Below, piece by piece: positions 27,573-37,706 of a stretch of DNA of 64,000 bases (positions are counted from its first letter, which is position 1; each line of letters opens with the position of its first letter). Below the pieces are notes generated by a model. The model saw only the letters and a program-made list of their open reading frames with translations, was not told the DNA's origin and did not search any database. The DNA lies in the NCBI GenBank assembly GCA_021163505.1, contig JAGGVE010000034.1, positions 11,726-75,725 on the forward strand, read 5' to 3'. The translations under genes and the position numbers were made by a program. The stretch is from Candidatus Iainarchaeum sp. GTDB lineage: Archaea; Iainarchaeota; Iainarchaeia; Iainarchaeales; DTGL01.

Positions 27573-28880
27573 TTGAGCAAGGCAATTGGTGTTGACCTAG
27601 GCGGAACTAAAACTATCGTTGTGCTTATTGATGAGTATGGGCGTATCTTAAAAAAGAAGAAATATTCAACACCGCAAACAAAGCGGGAAATTCTAGAAAT
27701 GCTCGTAAAAGGAATAAAAGAGGTTAAAGGAAGGGAAAAAGTTGTTGGAATTGGTTTAGGGTTAGCGGGTTTTTTAGATAGTGAGCGTGGCATAATGCGA
27801 TTTTCGCCAAATATTCCAGCAATAAATAACACCAATTTCAAAGCATTTTTAAAGAAACACTTTAAGGAAAAACTATTTTTTGAAAATGATGCGAATGCGT
27901 TTGCTTTAGCTGAATATGCAGCTGGCTATAAAAAACAATACAAAAATATTGTTGGAATTACTTTGGGCACAGGCATTGGCGGCGGCATTATAGTTGATGG
28001 TATGCTCTTAAAAGGCAAAGGGTGTGCTGCAGAACTTGGCCATATGATTGTAGATCACTCTTCTGGCAAGAGATGTGATTGCGGCAATATTGGGTGCTTT
28101 GAAGAGCTCGCAGATGGAAAAGCCTTACTAAGAACAGCACACAAACTCGGATTAAATGTTCAGAACAACATTGAACTTGCAGAGCTCGCAAAAAAGGGAA
28201 ATAAAAAGGCGGTTAGAGCGGTAAAGGAAATCGCGGAATACCTTGCAATAGGACTGGTGAATATAATAAATATATTTGATCCTGATGCAATAGTTATCGG
28301 AGGTGGCTTAGCAAATATAGATTTGCTGCTGAATGAGGCTAAAAGAAGATTGAAAAAGTATAGAAAGGTTAGGGCAGACACAAAAATATTGAAAGCGAAG
28401 CTCGGCGATGATGCGCCAGCAATAGGTGCAGCACTGCTTGCTCTTGAAGATTTCTTAAGGATGAGAAAAACACCAGATATTGCGGTTGATGCAATAATTG
28501 AATATTATGAAGGAAAGGAGTTCAAAGGGATTGTGCTCGTTGAGCGTAAATTTGAACCAAAAGGCTGGGCATTGCCAGGCGGCTTAGTTGAGTATAACGA
28601 AACACTGGAAAAAGCAGTGCAAAGAGAAGCCTTTGAAGAAACTGGGCTTAAGATCAAGGCGATAAAGCAGTTTAGAGCGTATTCTGATCCCAAAAGAGAT
28701 ACGAGGGGCCATACTATAAGCGTTGTTTTTACTGCTAAAGCTACTGGCAATTTAAACGCTGGCTCAGATGCCGCCAGCGCAAAAGTATTTGATCCTAAAA
28801 AATTGCCCAAGAAGCTCTGCTTTGACCATAAAAGAATAATAAGTGACTGGCTGAAAGAACGGAAAAAGCTGCAAAGGTAA
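27573..28880 (+). CDS. ROK-family sugar kinase fused to a C-terminal NUDIX hydrolase domain
   Basis: N-terminal 'IGVDLGGTKT' ATPase motif and ROK zinc motif 'CDCGNIGCFEELA'. C-terminal about 135 aa contain a perfect Nudix box 'GLVEYNETLEKAVQREAFEETGL' (GX5EX7REUXEEXGU). Confidence 0.7.
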   Translation: MSKAIGVDLGGTKTIVVLIDEYGRILKKKKYSTPQTKREILEMLVKGIKEVKGREKVVGIGLGLAGFLDSERGIMRFSPNIPAINNTNFKAFLKKHFKEKLFFENDANAFALAEYAAGYKKQYKNIVGITLGTGIGGGIIVDGMLLKGKGCAAELGHMIVDHSSGKRCDCGNIGCFEELADGKALLRTAHKLGLNVQNNIELAELAKKGNKKAVRAVKEIAEYLAIGLVNIINIFDPDAIVIGGGLANIDLLLNEAKRRLKKYRKVRADTKILKAKLGDDAPAIGAALLALEDFLRMRKTPDIAVDAIIEYYEGKEFKGIVLVERKFEPKGWALPGGLVEYNETLEKAVQREAFEETGLKIKAIKQFRAYSDPKRDTRGHTISVVFTAKATGNLNAGSDAASAKVFDPKKLPKKLCFDHKRIISDWLKERKKLQR

Positions 28881-28915
28881 CCATTTTAAATCCTCTCGCT
28901 CTAAGTATTTTTTTA

Positions 28916-29764
28916 ATGATGAATATGAAAGCAGAATTGCACTGCCACACGAACTATTCCAAAGGTACAAAGATAAAAGTAGAGGGATTACATAGCCCTG
29001 AGGAAATGGTCAGGCAAGCAAAGCTTCTCGGCATAGATGTACTTGCAATAACAGACCATAATAAATTCAAAGGAGCTGTAGAAGCAGAAAAGGTTGCGAA
29101 AAAATACGATATAATAGTAATAAAGGGTGAAGAAATAACAACCGATAGGGATAAGCATGTTATTGGCCTGGGTTTAAGCGAGCTTATTCCTCAAGGATTA
29201 TCGTTAGGGGAAACGCTTGACAGAATAAGAGAGCAGGGCGGCATAGCAGTAGCGCCACACCCATTTGATATAAATAATAAGGGCTTAGGGAAGCTCGCGA
29301 TGCATTGCGATGCTATAGAGGCTTTTAATTCAATAAACAAAGATAGGCTCTCCAACAGAAAAGCGCGCAAGTTTGCGAAGAAGCACGCTATGCCAATGGT
29401 AGCGGGCAGCGATGCACACTGTAAAGAGATGCTTGGTTATGGGTTAACAAAGATCTATGCTGAGCCAGATGTAGATAGCATACTTATAGCGATAAAGAGG
29501 GGAAACACAAAAATTTACGGAAGGTATATTCCAACAGATGTTATAAAAAAATGGTCTCTTGCAAGAATAGAATACTCTTACTTCTCGATACTTGAGTATA
29601 TTGCGGAAAATTATTCCTATCCCAAACGCTTTGTTTGTGAAAAGTTGCTCAACCTTACGAAGCACAGCCCAGGGAAAATAGATTATCTATTCGACCTTAT
29701 GGCGTATTTTGGTGTTGTCAGTGCCACTTTTTATAGTTTAATAAAGACTCCGTTCAGAAACTAA
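28916..29764 (+). CDS. PHP-domain metal-dependent phosphoesterase
   Basis: 'HCHTNYS' and 'AITDHN' His motifs. 282 aa. Confidence 0.7.
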   Translation: MMNMKAELHCHTNYSKGTKIKVEGLHSPEEMVRQAKLLGIDVLAITDHNKFKGAVEAEKVAKKYDIIVIKGEEITTDRDKHVIGLGLSELIPQGLSLGETLDRIREQGGIAVAPHPFDINNKGLGKLAMHCDAIEAFNSINKDRLSNRKARKFAKKHAMPMVAGSDAHCKEMLGYGLTKIYAEPDVDSILIAIKRGNTKIYGRYIPTDVIKKWSLARIEYSYFSILEYIAENYSYPKRFVCEKLLNLTKHSPGKIDYLFDLMAYFGVVSATFYSLIKTPFRN

Positions 29765-30006
29765 ATCATGCCGCGAGCGGTTTTGCGCATATTGCGCAGA
29801 CATTTTTTATGCCAGTATTGTCCCGCCCACTTCTTATCACAGCCGGGTTGACCGCACAATGCACAAGTTTGCTCCGCATACTTTGCCGCCTTTACCTCTT
29901 GCTTCTCCGCTCCGCTTTTTTTCTTTGCTTTTTTTACTTCTTTTTCCTCTTTCTTAGGAAAAACCTTTCTGAATACATCCTTTATGCCCAAAAAATCACC
30001 CCTCAT
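29761..30006 (-). CDS. small basic zinc-ribbon protein
   Basis: 81 aa with K-rich N-terminus and 'CALCGQPGCDKKWAGQYWHKKC'. Overlaps the folD stop, so probably co-transcribed. Confidence 0.35.
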   Translation of the reverse strand: MRGDFLGIKDVFRKVFPKKEEKEVKKAKKKSGAEKQEVKAAKYAEQTCALCGQPGCDKKWAGQYWHKKCLRNMRKTARGMI

Positions 30007-30826
30007 CTACGTAAGCTCTTACAACATTCCTGAGCAAACATGCCACTGTTATTGGCCCGATTCCGTTAGGCACGGGAGTTACAATTGATGCTTTACCTTT
30101 AACACTCTCCAACTCTACATCACCGAAAAGTTTCCCTCCAACAAGCGTTGTGCCAATATCTATTATTGTTGCGCCTTCTTTAATATTATTCCCTGTTATT
30201 AAACCCGGCACACCGGTGCAGCTTATGAGCAAATCCGCATTGCTTATTTTTTCCTTCAGGTTTTTTGTATACTTATTGCATATTGTGAGCGTTGCAAATT
30301 GTGAAAGCGCTTGCGCAAGCAGGCCTCCGACCCTGCCAGAACCAACTATACAAACATCTTTGCCCTGCAAATTAAAATCTATCTCTTTCATCACCTCAAA
30401 AACTGCCTCAACTACCGCTGGCTTGTACTTAGCTCTGCCTTGAACAAAAAGCCCCAGGTTATATGCGCTCAAACAATCAACATCCTTTTTGGGTTCAATT
30501 GAATTTGCAAGCATTGTAAATTTTTCATCATCCATAAATGGTTTAGTGAGGAGTATTGCATTGCAATGCTTAGAAGCATTGAGGCGCTGTATAATCGCTA
30601 ACGCGCTTTCAAACTCTGGTTTAGTGAATTCAAATTTTTGCAGAAAAATACCAAGCGATTCGGCATTATGTGAAATGGCATTCACATAAGATTTTCCTTC
30701 AGCACAATTAGAATCAAAAATGGCTGCTAAACTAATTTTTGGTTTAGGTTTTAGTTTAGCGGTGAGCTCAACGATATCCTTGTAGATTTTTGAAGCTATC
30801 GTTTTACCATCAATTATCTGAGTCAT
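29996..30826 (-). CDS. folD: bifunctional 5,10-methylene-THF dehydrogenase/cyclohydrolase
   Basis: 276 aa 'MTQIIDGKTIASKI...' with Rossmann 'VCIVGSGRVGG'. FolD family layout. Confidence 0.85.
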   Translation of the reverse strand: MTQIIDGKTIASKIYKDIVELTAKLKPKPKISLAAIFDSNCAEGKSYVNAISHNAESLGIFLQKFEFTKPEFESALAIIQRLNASKHCNAILLTKPFMDDEKFTMLANSIEPKKDVDCLSAYNLGLFVQGRAKYKPAVVEAVFEVMKEIDFNLQGKDVCIVGSGRVGGLLAQALSQFATLTICNKYTKNLKEKISNADLLISCTGVPGLITGNNIKEGATIIDIGTTLVGGKLFGDVELESVKGKASIVTPVPNGIGPITVACLLRNVVRAYVDEG

Positions 30827-30886
30827 AAAAAAGTAAATGCAGGTGTTTTTATATTTTTATTTTCTAATTTATTTGCTGGTGGTTAC

Positions 30887-31672
30887 TTGCTTCTTTGGCC
30901 AAGCCCTTTAATAAAGGAAAAACCTCTAAAAGTAGCAGTGCTTTTCAGCGATGAGCTTGCAAGCATGCAGTTTGTGCTTTCGGAGCTGAATAAAAAAGAT
31001 ACGCTCGCGAGAAAAATAAATATAGTGGGGGCCTTCACAAGTAAAATAAGAGCCAGAGCAATAAACCTCTTAAGGCTCAGACATGTGGAATGCAGAATTA
31101 TAGATGAAAAGATGTTTTTAAACAAAAGAAAAAAAATCAGTAAAGAAAAGGCTGTTGAAGAATATCTTGAAAGGGTCTTGGATGAGCTAGTTGAGTTTGA
31201 ACCTTCGCTGATAATCAACGATAATTTTGGTTTTGAAAGCGCGCAACTAGCAAAACGCTTCAAGCTACCAGTGCTGGAGTGTTCTCTTGTATACCGCGAG
31301 GGACAAGCGATAACAAAATTTCAGGGACGTAATGCGGTAAGAAATGCGATATTAGCAAGCAAAAGGGTTTTGCAAGCCGGAGCATTTTTAGCTAAAGGAG
31401 GTTCTTTACACCTGATAACAATGTCTAAAAAATTGCCTCTGGACCTTAAAAGATTAGCTAATGTGAAGGATGATGCAGAATTTGAAAAATATGTTGATGT
31501 GTTCACAGAGAAGTTTAAATGGAATTGCTCAGGCCCATGTATACTGCAAGCCTTGGAGCTCATTGCTGAGCAGCGCATAGGTTTTAAGATGCACTCAATT
31601 TATATAAAAGAAAACAAACGATGGAAAAAGGGTTTTTACAATATGGCGACCGATTCTATAGAAAAATATTGA
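30887..31672 (+). CDS. hypothetical protein, formyltransferase-fold-like (degenerate PurN-like)
   Basis: Weak PurN-like pattern (KVAVLFS..., ...GGSLHL), but no NxHxSLLP His motif. Next to folD. Confidence 0.3.
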   Translation: MLLWPSPLIKEKPLKVAVLFSDELASMQFVLSELNKKDTLARKINIVGAFTSKIRARAINLLRLRHVECRIIDEKMFLNKRKKISKEKAVEEYLERVLDELVEFEPSLIINDNFGFESAQLAKRFKLPVLECSLVYREGQAITKFQGRNAVRNAILASKRVLQAGAFLAKGGSLHLITMSKKLPLDLKRLANVKDDAEFEKYVDVFTEKFKWNCSGPCILQALELIAEQRIGFKMHSIYIKENKRWKKGFYNMATDSIEKY

Positions 31673-31749
31673 GTATCTAATCAATTAACGCTAATTAGTT
31701 ACCTTTTAAATCATACCGCCCCAGTAAATTTTTAATACTAGGTGGTTTT

Positions 31750-32466
31750 ATGGCAAAGGTTGAGAAAGACTTTAGAGCGTTATCTGAAAAAATAAAGCGC
31801 TTGGAAAAAAAGGCCAAAACTATGCCAAAAGAAATCAAAAAGCTTTTGAAGACACAAGCGATGGAAAAGAGAAAGATTGTCAAGCTTGAAAAGGCACTCA
31901 AAAATACAAAAAAAGATATAAGGAAGCTTAAGGGGATGCAACGCAACATAGAGAAGATGGGCATCGATTTGCAAAAGCAAACAAAGAGGCTCGAAGTTAT
32001 TCTGAAAGAAGCCGAAGCAGCTATAAACATTACGGCTGAAACTAGCGCAAAGAAAAGCTACGAAAAAGAGTTGAATGCATACCTCGCAGCAGACCTCGTT
32101 AGACTGTATTTTGAGGAGATTGCAAGGGCAGGCTTTAAGAAAACACTAACCCTTAGCGAAATAATAAATGCCTATAAATTTACATTAGAAAAGCTTGAAG
32201 GTAGCACTGTGCTAACAAAAATGGAACAGGAAGACATAGCGAGCGAACTCAAAGAGATAAAAAAGGCTATCGAAAAGCCAGAAGTAGCCCCCATTGAAAC
32301 AAAAGGGTATTCATATACCAATAAAAAGGGGCAAGTGTATTATTTGCACAAAAAAGGCAAGCTATATTACTTTTCGAGAGACCCTCTTGGTGCTATTTCG
32401 TTGCCAGCCGGCTACTATGTAAAGGAGAACGAACAAACAGGCCTTCCGATATTAAAGAAGAAATAA
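31750..32466 (+). CDS. hypothetical coiled-coil protein
   Basis: K/E-rich heptad-like N-terminal 170 aa. C-terminal 'YYLHKKGKLYYF' Tyr-rich tail. Confidence 0.4.
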   Translation: MAKVEKDFRALSEKIKRLEKKAKTMPKEIKKLLKTQAMEKRKIVKLEKALKNTKKDIRKLKGMQRNIEKMGIDLQKQTKRLEVILKEAEAAINITAETSAKKSYEKELNAYLAADLVRLYFEEIARAGFKKTLTLSEIINAYKFTLEKLEGSTVLTKMEQEDIASELKEIKKAIEKPEVAPIETKGYSYTNKKGQVYYLHKKGKLYYFSRDPLGAISLPAGYYVKENEQTGLPILKKK

Positions 32467-32547
32467 AACGCTTTTTTCTTTTTCTTCCTATTTTTTTATT
32501 TAAAGATAGTATTCTAATTCTGAAATAAAAATTTGGATTAAAAATAA

Positions 32548-32620
32548 TAGCCCCGGAGAGATTCGAACTCTCGTCCCGGGCTCCAAAGGCCCGGATGCTT
32601 GGCCACTACACCACGGGGCT
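32548..32620 (-). tRNA. tRNA-Gln (anticodon TTG)
   Basis: Minus-strand cloverleaf folded by hand: A1:U72 acceptor (typical of archaeal tRNA-Gln), anticodon stem CGGGC/GCCCG, loop CUUUGGA, T-arm GAGAG-UUCGAAU-CUCUC. Confidence 0.8.
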
Positions 32621-32741
32621 AAAATCTATTACATAAAGATGGAACATTGGAAAAAAATAAATGCCTTACTTAAAAAGAGTGAAAAAAACACAATAAATTT
32701 ATATATAGGAAAAGTCCTTAATTTGATGGAAAGGCGAAAAA

Positions 32742-33398
32742 ATGGTAAAAAATTTGAAAATAGATCCAAAAAGGATTACGATGTATGGTGCTGCCTTACT
32801 TATTGTTTTGATATTTATCATGCTGCTTACATTATGGCCCAAGAGCTTTGCCTACAGCGAATGTGGGCAGTGTGAAATGCTCGGAGTAAATGCCAATATT
32901 GAAAGAATAGAAGGCATAGTGTTCGGGCCTTCAGGAATGCAAATAAAAGCAATAGTCAACACTACATGTTATCAGAGAATTTCTGCAGACCATGAATTTG
33001 AAAATGGTACGATAAAACTTATGGTAAAACCCATCGGCGAAGCTATAAGTAACCACTGCCTGTGTGATAGAGAGATTACATTCAATCTACCAAACTATGC
33101 CAAAGCAAAGAGCATAGAGCTGTATTATTCTGGAAAACTATTAGATAAGAGGAGTATTATAGCAAATACTCTGTCGGATGGTGCAGAATTCTGTGATAGT
33201 GATGTACGCTACAGGCAGATCTGCTACTATCGCTTAGCGTTTATGAAAAGAGACCCTTCCTTCTGTAAAAAAACGGTTGATGAAAAAGCCTGTAAGCGCG
33301 AACTTGAAGAGTTTCTTACACTTAAGTGCCTCAGTTTTCACAACGAGAAGTACTGCAACAACATATTTGTAAAAAGCAGATCAAACCAAAAGAAATAA
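32742..33398 (+). CDS. hypothetical secreted/membrane-anchored Cys-rich protein
   Basis: N-terminal TM (MYGAALLIVLIFIMLLTLW) followed by an extracytoplasmic region with at least 12 Cys. Confidence 0.4.
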   Translation: MVKNLKIDPKRITMYGAALLIVLIFIMLLTLWPKSFAYSECGQCEMLGVNANIERIEGIVFGPSGMQIKAIVNTTCYQRISADHEFENGTIKLMVKPIGEAISNHCLCDREITFNLPNYAKAKSIELYYSGKLLDKRSIIANTLSDGAEFCDSDVRYRQICYYRLAFMKRDPSFCKKTVDEKACKRELEEFLTLKCLSFHNEKYCNNIFVKSRSNQKK

Positions 33399-33423
33399 AA
33401 CTCAAAAACAACTATTTTTTATA

Positions 33424-34077
33424 ATGGCAATAAAACCAAGGAAAAGTCCACCTAAAAAAATCAGAAAGGCACTTTTGCGAGGAGAGAGGTTTAGAGAAAA
33501 GGGAAGAATTGCACAAAGGATCGACGCTACAAAGCTAGAAAAAATTATTAGAAGAGAAGCATCTCGCAAAACAACTTTTAGAAAAAAATATGGAACCCAA
33601 AAATATTTTATAGCTCTTGCCATAGCCGGGCTTGTAGAGATTATTCGTTCTTTGAGGCTGCCAAAAACTAGAAAAAATAGAATACTAAAGCTTGAGACAG
33701 AACAACTAAAAATTACTGATTATTTGGGGGAGCTAAAACAGAAAGGTTCGAAAAGGCTTAGCCCAGAAGAACACGCTCACATCATTGAGCTATACTGTGG
33801 TTTGTTAAAAAGAAAAATAAATAGGCTTTGGGGTGCAAATGAGGTTAGAAGAAGGCAACTAATTAATGAATTAAAAGAATATGAGGCGTATTTGAAAAAC
33901 ATAGGAGATAAAGAGTATGAACTCAGCGGGCCTGATAGAAAGTTTCTGCTTGATTTGGTTGGACTGATAAATGAAGAAACAAATTATCTTTTAGAACACG
34001 AGCAAAAATATTATGCTGAGGCACGCAGAAAACTTTCTGAAATTTTGGAGAGAATATATGAACGCGGGAGCTATTAG
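33424..34077 (+). CDS. hypothetical basic protein
   Basis: 217 aa, K/R-rich N-terminus. No recognisable motif. Confidence 0.35.
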   Translation: MAIKPRKSPPKKIRKALLRGERFREKGRIAQRIDATKLEKIIRREASRKTTFRKKYGTQKYFIALAIAGLVEIIRSLRLPKTRKNRILKLETEQLKITDYLGELKQKGSKRLSPEEHAHIIELYCGLLKRKINRLWGANEVRRRQLINELKEYEAYLKNIGDKEYELSGPDRKFLLDLVGLINEETNYLLEHEQKYYAEARRKLSEILERIYERGSY

Positions 34078-34084
34078 CATGCAC

Positions 34085-34867
34085 TTAGAGCCTGAACTCC
34101 TTTATTATTTTTTCTTCTTCCCCCTCTATTGTTGCCTTTAGCTCAATATAATCCTCTAAGCCCGAATCCTTAAGCTTTGCTTTTATGAGTTCATCCACTT
34201 GAAAGATGCCTGCGGAGTTTTTCATTATAATCTCTATGGCTATCGGCACCGCTTGGCCCTTCCTTATCTTTATATCTTTTATAGCCATTGCACTTACCGA
34301 ATGGATTGAAATCCTACCTAACTCAAATGGAATTCTTGCGCGGCCTTCCTTAGCATCCAAAGAGTCTGCGACACGAACACAGCCAGCTTCTAAAGTAAAT
34401 GGCTTATATTCAACATGGTGGCTTATTATCGCATGCAAAACTTCATTTTTTATTATTATGCGCTCTCTGTGTGAATAAAAATTCTTTAGAAGTCTATCCA
34501 GAACATTAGATGCTAAAACAATGCTGAAGTTTGCGTGGTTCTTTCTGTGCACAGCATGCCCAATATCATGCAATAAACCAGCTAAAACAACAACCACTTC
34601 AGCATCTTCGCGCTTCATGCCATGGTCTTTAACTATATTGGGCTCCAGCCCTGCTTCCATAAGCAAGCGTAAAAGCCTTAAGGCAATATTAGCCACTATC
34701 GCTGCATGCACCTTGCCATGATCGTTTATCTTCATTCTGTCAACCGCAATTACATTAGCGCTTTCCCAATACTGCAAAATCTCTTTATCTTTCTTTACAG
34801 CTTCAACTACCCTTTGCAATTTTTTATTCTTACCGAAGGGAATATTCAAAACCATACTATCACCCAC
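34085..34867 (-). CDS. HD-domain phosphohydrolase
   Basis: 'HGKVHAA' ... 'LLHDIGH' His/Asp metal motifs. 260 aa. Confidence 0.65.
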   Translation of the reverse strand: MGDSMVLNIPFGKNKKLQRVVEAVKKDKEILQYWESANVIAVDRMKINDHGKVHAAIVANIALRLLRLLMEAGLEPNIVKDHGMKREDAEVVVVLAGLLHDIGHAVHRKNHANFSIVLASNVLDRLLKNFYSHRERIIIKNEVLHAIISHHVEYKPFTLEAGCVRVADSLDAKEGRARIPFELGRISIHSVSAMAIKDIKIRKGQAVPIAIEIIMKNSAGIFQVDELIKAKLKDSGLEDYIELKATIEGEEEKIIKEFRL

Positions 34868-35059
34868 AAAAATTCAACATAAAAATTGACGGAAGTAGTA
34901 TATAAAGATTTGCAAAAAGTAAATAAAATAAGTAAATAGATTGTGAGGGAAAAGAATTAAAAATGCTTTGAATGCGAAGTAAAAGGGATAAATGTGCCTG
35001 TTTATCTCCCTGCTGCAGAATAGCTTTTTAATCCTTTATTAAGCACAATTAGATAAAAA

Positions 35060-35134
35060 GGGCACGTAGCTTAGTCTGGTTGGAGCACTCGGCTGATAAC
35101 CGAGAGGTCGGCGGTTCAAATCCGCCCGTGCCCA
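35060..35134 (+). tRNA. tRNA-Ile (anticodon GAT)
   Basis: Cloverleaf: GGGCACG/CGUGCCC acceptor, anticodon stem CUCGG/CCGAG, loop CUGAUAA, T-arm GGCGG-UUCAAAU-CCGCC, discriminator A. Confidence 0.85.
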
Positions 35135-35209
35135 CTTCTTTTCTTTGAAAAATCGGATAGTGTTTATTTTGCAAAAACATTTAAAAAATTATATTCTCTT
35201 TTTTCTGCG

Positions 35210-36406
35210 ATGCCGAATCCCTTAAAGTGCTATATAAAGGTTGTGGGAAACAAAATAGTAGAATCTATTTTTCAGGAAGCTGAACCGCTCGAAGGCATGC
35301 CTGTAGCGCATGTTAATTCCACTCTTTATGGTGGCGGAGTTGCTGAGATTTTACATTCGCTAGTGTATCTAATGAATGATGCTGGCATCGAAGCGGAATG
35401 GCGGGTTATTAAAGGGAACCAGGATTTTTTCAATGTCACGAAGAGCTTTCATAATGCACTGCAGGGCGAAGCGGTTCAATTTACTGAAAGAATGAAAAGA
35501 ACCTATCTGAAAACAAACAAGGAGTTCGCAAAGATTACGCATTTGGAGCACTACGATTGTGTTGTTGTGCATGACCCACAGCCTGCTGCATGCATAAACT
35601 ACTTTGAAAAGATGCAGCCTTGGATATGGCGATGCCACATAGATCTATCAAAGCCCAACAGAAAGGTGTATGATTTCCTGAAGCAATTTATAGTGAAGTA
35701 TGACCATGCGATAATATCTAATAAAAAGTTCCTCTGCCCATTGCCCGGAAGATGCTCCATAATATATCCCAGCATCGATCCACTAAGCCCGAAGAACAAG
35801 GAGCTTAGCGAAAAACAGATCGAAAAGCAACTTAGAGGCCATAGCATTGATATGGATAAGCCCATAGTTGCGCAGATATCAAGGTTTGATAAATGGAAAG
35901 ACCCTTTGGGCGTTCTGAAGGCGTTTGAGATTGTTAGAAAAAGGTTCGATTGCAAACTTGTCCTATTGGGTAATCTTGCGGATGATGACCCGGAAGGAGA
36001 AATAATCTACAACCAGGTTGTTAAAGAGGCAGAAAAACTTAAAGATGTGCACGTAATTCTTGAGTACAACGATTTGCTTGTTAATGCATTGCAACGCGCA
36101 TCAAGCGTTGTTTTGCAGAAGTCTATTAAAGAAGGATTTGGCCTAACAGTAGCCGAAGCTTTATGGAAGAAGACTCCTGTAATAGGCGGTAACACCGGAG
36201 GCATTCCTCTGCAAATAATAAATGGCAAAACGGGATTTGTAGTGAGCAGCATTGAAGAATGTGCCAAGCGAATGTTATTTTTGCTTAGAAACCCGAAAAA
36301 AGCGAAAGAGATGGGAAAAGCAGGCCATGAGCATGTGAAAAAACACTTCTTGATCACAAGGCACTTGCTGGATTATATAAGGCTTATAAAGTCTCTTGTG
36401 TTATAG
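35210..36406 (+). CDS. GT4-family glycosyltransferase (TreT/trehalose-synthase-like)
   Basis: 398 aa. N-terminal 'HVNSTLYGGGVAEIL' like TreT 'INSTAFGGGVAEML'. C-terminal GT-B 'EGFGLTVAEALWKKTPVIGGNTGGIP' motif. Confidence 0.7.
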   Translation: MPNPLKCYIKVVGNKIVESIFQEAEPLEGMPVAHVNSTLYGGGVAEILHSLVYLMNDAGIEAEWRVIKGNQDFFNVTKSFHNALQGEAVQFTERMKRTYLKTNKEFAKITHLEHYDCVVVHDPQPAACINYFEKMQPWIWRCHIDLSKPNRKVYDFLKQFIVKYDHAIISNKKFLCPLPGRCSIIYPSIDPLSPKNKELSEKQIEKQLRGHSIDMDKPIVAQISRFDKWKDPLGVLKAFEIVRKRFDCKLVLLGNLADDDPEGEIIYNQVVKEAEKLKDVHVILEYNDLLVNALQRASSVVLQKSIKEGFGLTVAEALWKKTPVIGGNTGGIPLQIINGKTGFVVSSIEECAKRMLFLLRNPKKAKEMGKAGHEHVKKHFLITRHLLDYIRLIKSLVL

Positions 36407-36448
36407 GTTCTGCCAAGAGTTTTAAAAATATTCTTTTATACAGAATTT

Positions 36449-37165
36449 ATGCCAATAAAAGCGCTTCTTTTTGATTCTGGCTTCTGCCTGCAAAATGACC
36501 CGTTGATTTTCAATAAAACGGTTAATTATATAGCTAAATGGCTCCAAAAACAGGATGCAATTAAGAGCGCAAAGGCTTTCAAAGAAACGTTTTTTAGGGT
36601 AGATTCAAGTGTGCATAGTGAGCAATGCTGGAGTCACATATTTGCTGAGCCTATAGTTATAAATGCCGTTTTTGAAGAATTAAATATTACCAAAGTACTG
36701 ACAAAACAGTTGATTAGAGAATGGAGAAAATACCAGAAAACACTATTCAAGCCAAATCCGAGATTCAGGGCAGCATTGAAGTGGGCAAAAGCCAAGGCAT
36801 TAAAAACAGCCATTGCTTCGAACGATAGAGCTGAGCGATTGCACGCAATAGTTGATGTTCACAGAGTAAGAGAGCTGCTCGATGCAATAGTTGTTTCTGA
36901 GGAAGTGCGAGTAGAAAAACCTGATTTAAGATTCTTTGAAATTGTGCTTGAGCGCTTGCAGGTAAAAGGAAACGAAGCAATAATGTTTGGTGATAATCCA
37001 ATAAGTGATGGTGCATGCAAAGAGCTTGGCATAAAGTTCGTGCAAGTTACTAAGTATAAACCGCCTTACACCATGGAGCTTGGTAAAGAATATGAACCAG
37101 ATTTTGTTATAAATGAGGTAAATAAGAAGAATGTGCGAGCAGTCGTTAAAGCTTTTTCGGAATGA
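36449..37165 (+). CDS. HAD-superfamily hydrolase
   Basis: N-terminal 'LLFDSGF' (motif I-like) and C-terminal 'MFGDNPISDG' (motif IV). 238 aa. Downstream of the GT4 gene. Confidence 0.5.
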   Translation: MPIKALLFDSGFCLQNDPLIFNKTVNYIAKWLQKQDAIKSAKAFKETFFRVDSSVHSEQCWSHIFAEPIVINAVFEELNITKVLTKQLIREWRKYQKTLFKPNPRFRAALKWAKAKALKTAIASNDRAERLHAIVDVHRVRELLDAIVVSEEVRVEKPDLRFFEIVLERLQVKGNEAIMFGDNPISDGACKELGIKFVQVTKYKPPYTMELGKEYEPDFVINEVNKKNVRAVVKAFSE

Positions 37166-37166
37166 T

Positions 37167-37706
37167 TCAAAGTTCTTCCCAAGTTTCCACAAACGAATCC
37201 ACAAGTTTGTCCAAGAAGGATTTTCTATAGCTGATAATAACATCCTTTACAAGCGCGGGATTTGTCAAAACAAAGTAGCTCTTTTTACCTTTACGCTGCT
37301 TGGACACAAGTCCTGCAGAAACAAGTTTGGTTATGTGAAACGAAACCGTGCTTGGTGAAAGGTTCAAAAAACGCGCGAGCTGCTTATTTGTTGCACGTTT
37401 TTTGTTTGCAATGTAAAGCACTATTTTTCTAACATTTTCCTCTCTGAGCAAAGAAAGTGTTTCACGCTCTTCTCTACTCGGCTCGCCTATCAGCGGAAAG
37501 TATCTTACAAACTTGCCACGCTTCTCAGCTCTAACAAGCCTTGTTTTGCATAGAACATCTAGGTGGTATTGCAAAGAGCCTATAGCCAGGCCAGTGCGTC
37601 TCTTAAGCTCCCTAAAATGAATGCCTGGAAAGCGTCTTATTTCTTCAAATAGTTTTCTGCGGGTTTCTAATGCAAGCGCTTTCTCACGGTCAATCAATGC
37701 TAACAC
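37167..37706 (-). CDS. transcriptional regulator with two winged-helix domains
   Basis: 'FRELKRRTGLAIGSLQYHLDVLCKTRLVRAE' and 'NKQLARFLNLSPSTVSFHITKLVSAGLVSK'. Confidence 0.55.
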   Translation of the reverse strand: MLALIDREKALALETRRKLFEEIRRFPGIHFRELKRRTGLAIGSLQYHLDVLCKTRLVRAEKRGKFVRYFPLIGEPSREERETLSLLREENVRKIVLYIANKKRATNKQLARFLNLSPSTVSFHITKLVSAGLVSKQRKGKKSYFVLTNPALVKDVIISYRKSFLDKLVDSFVETWEEL

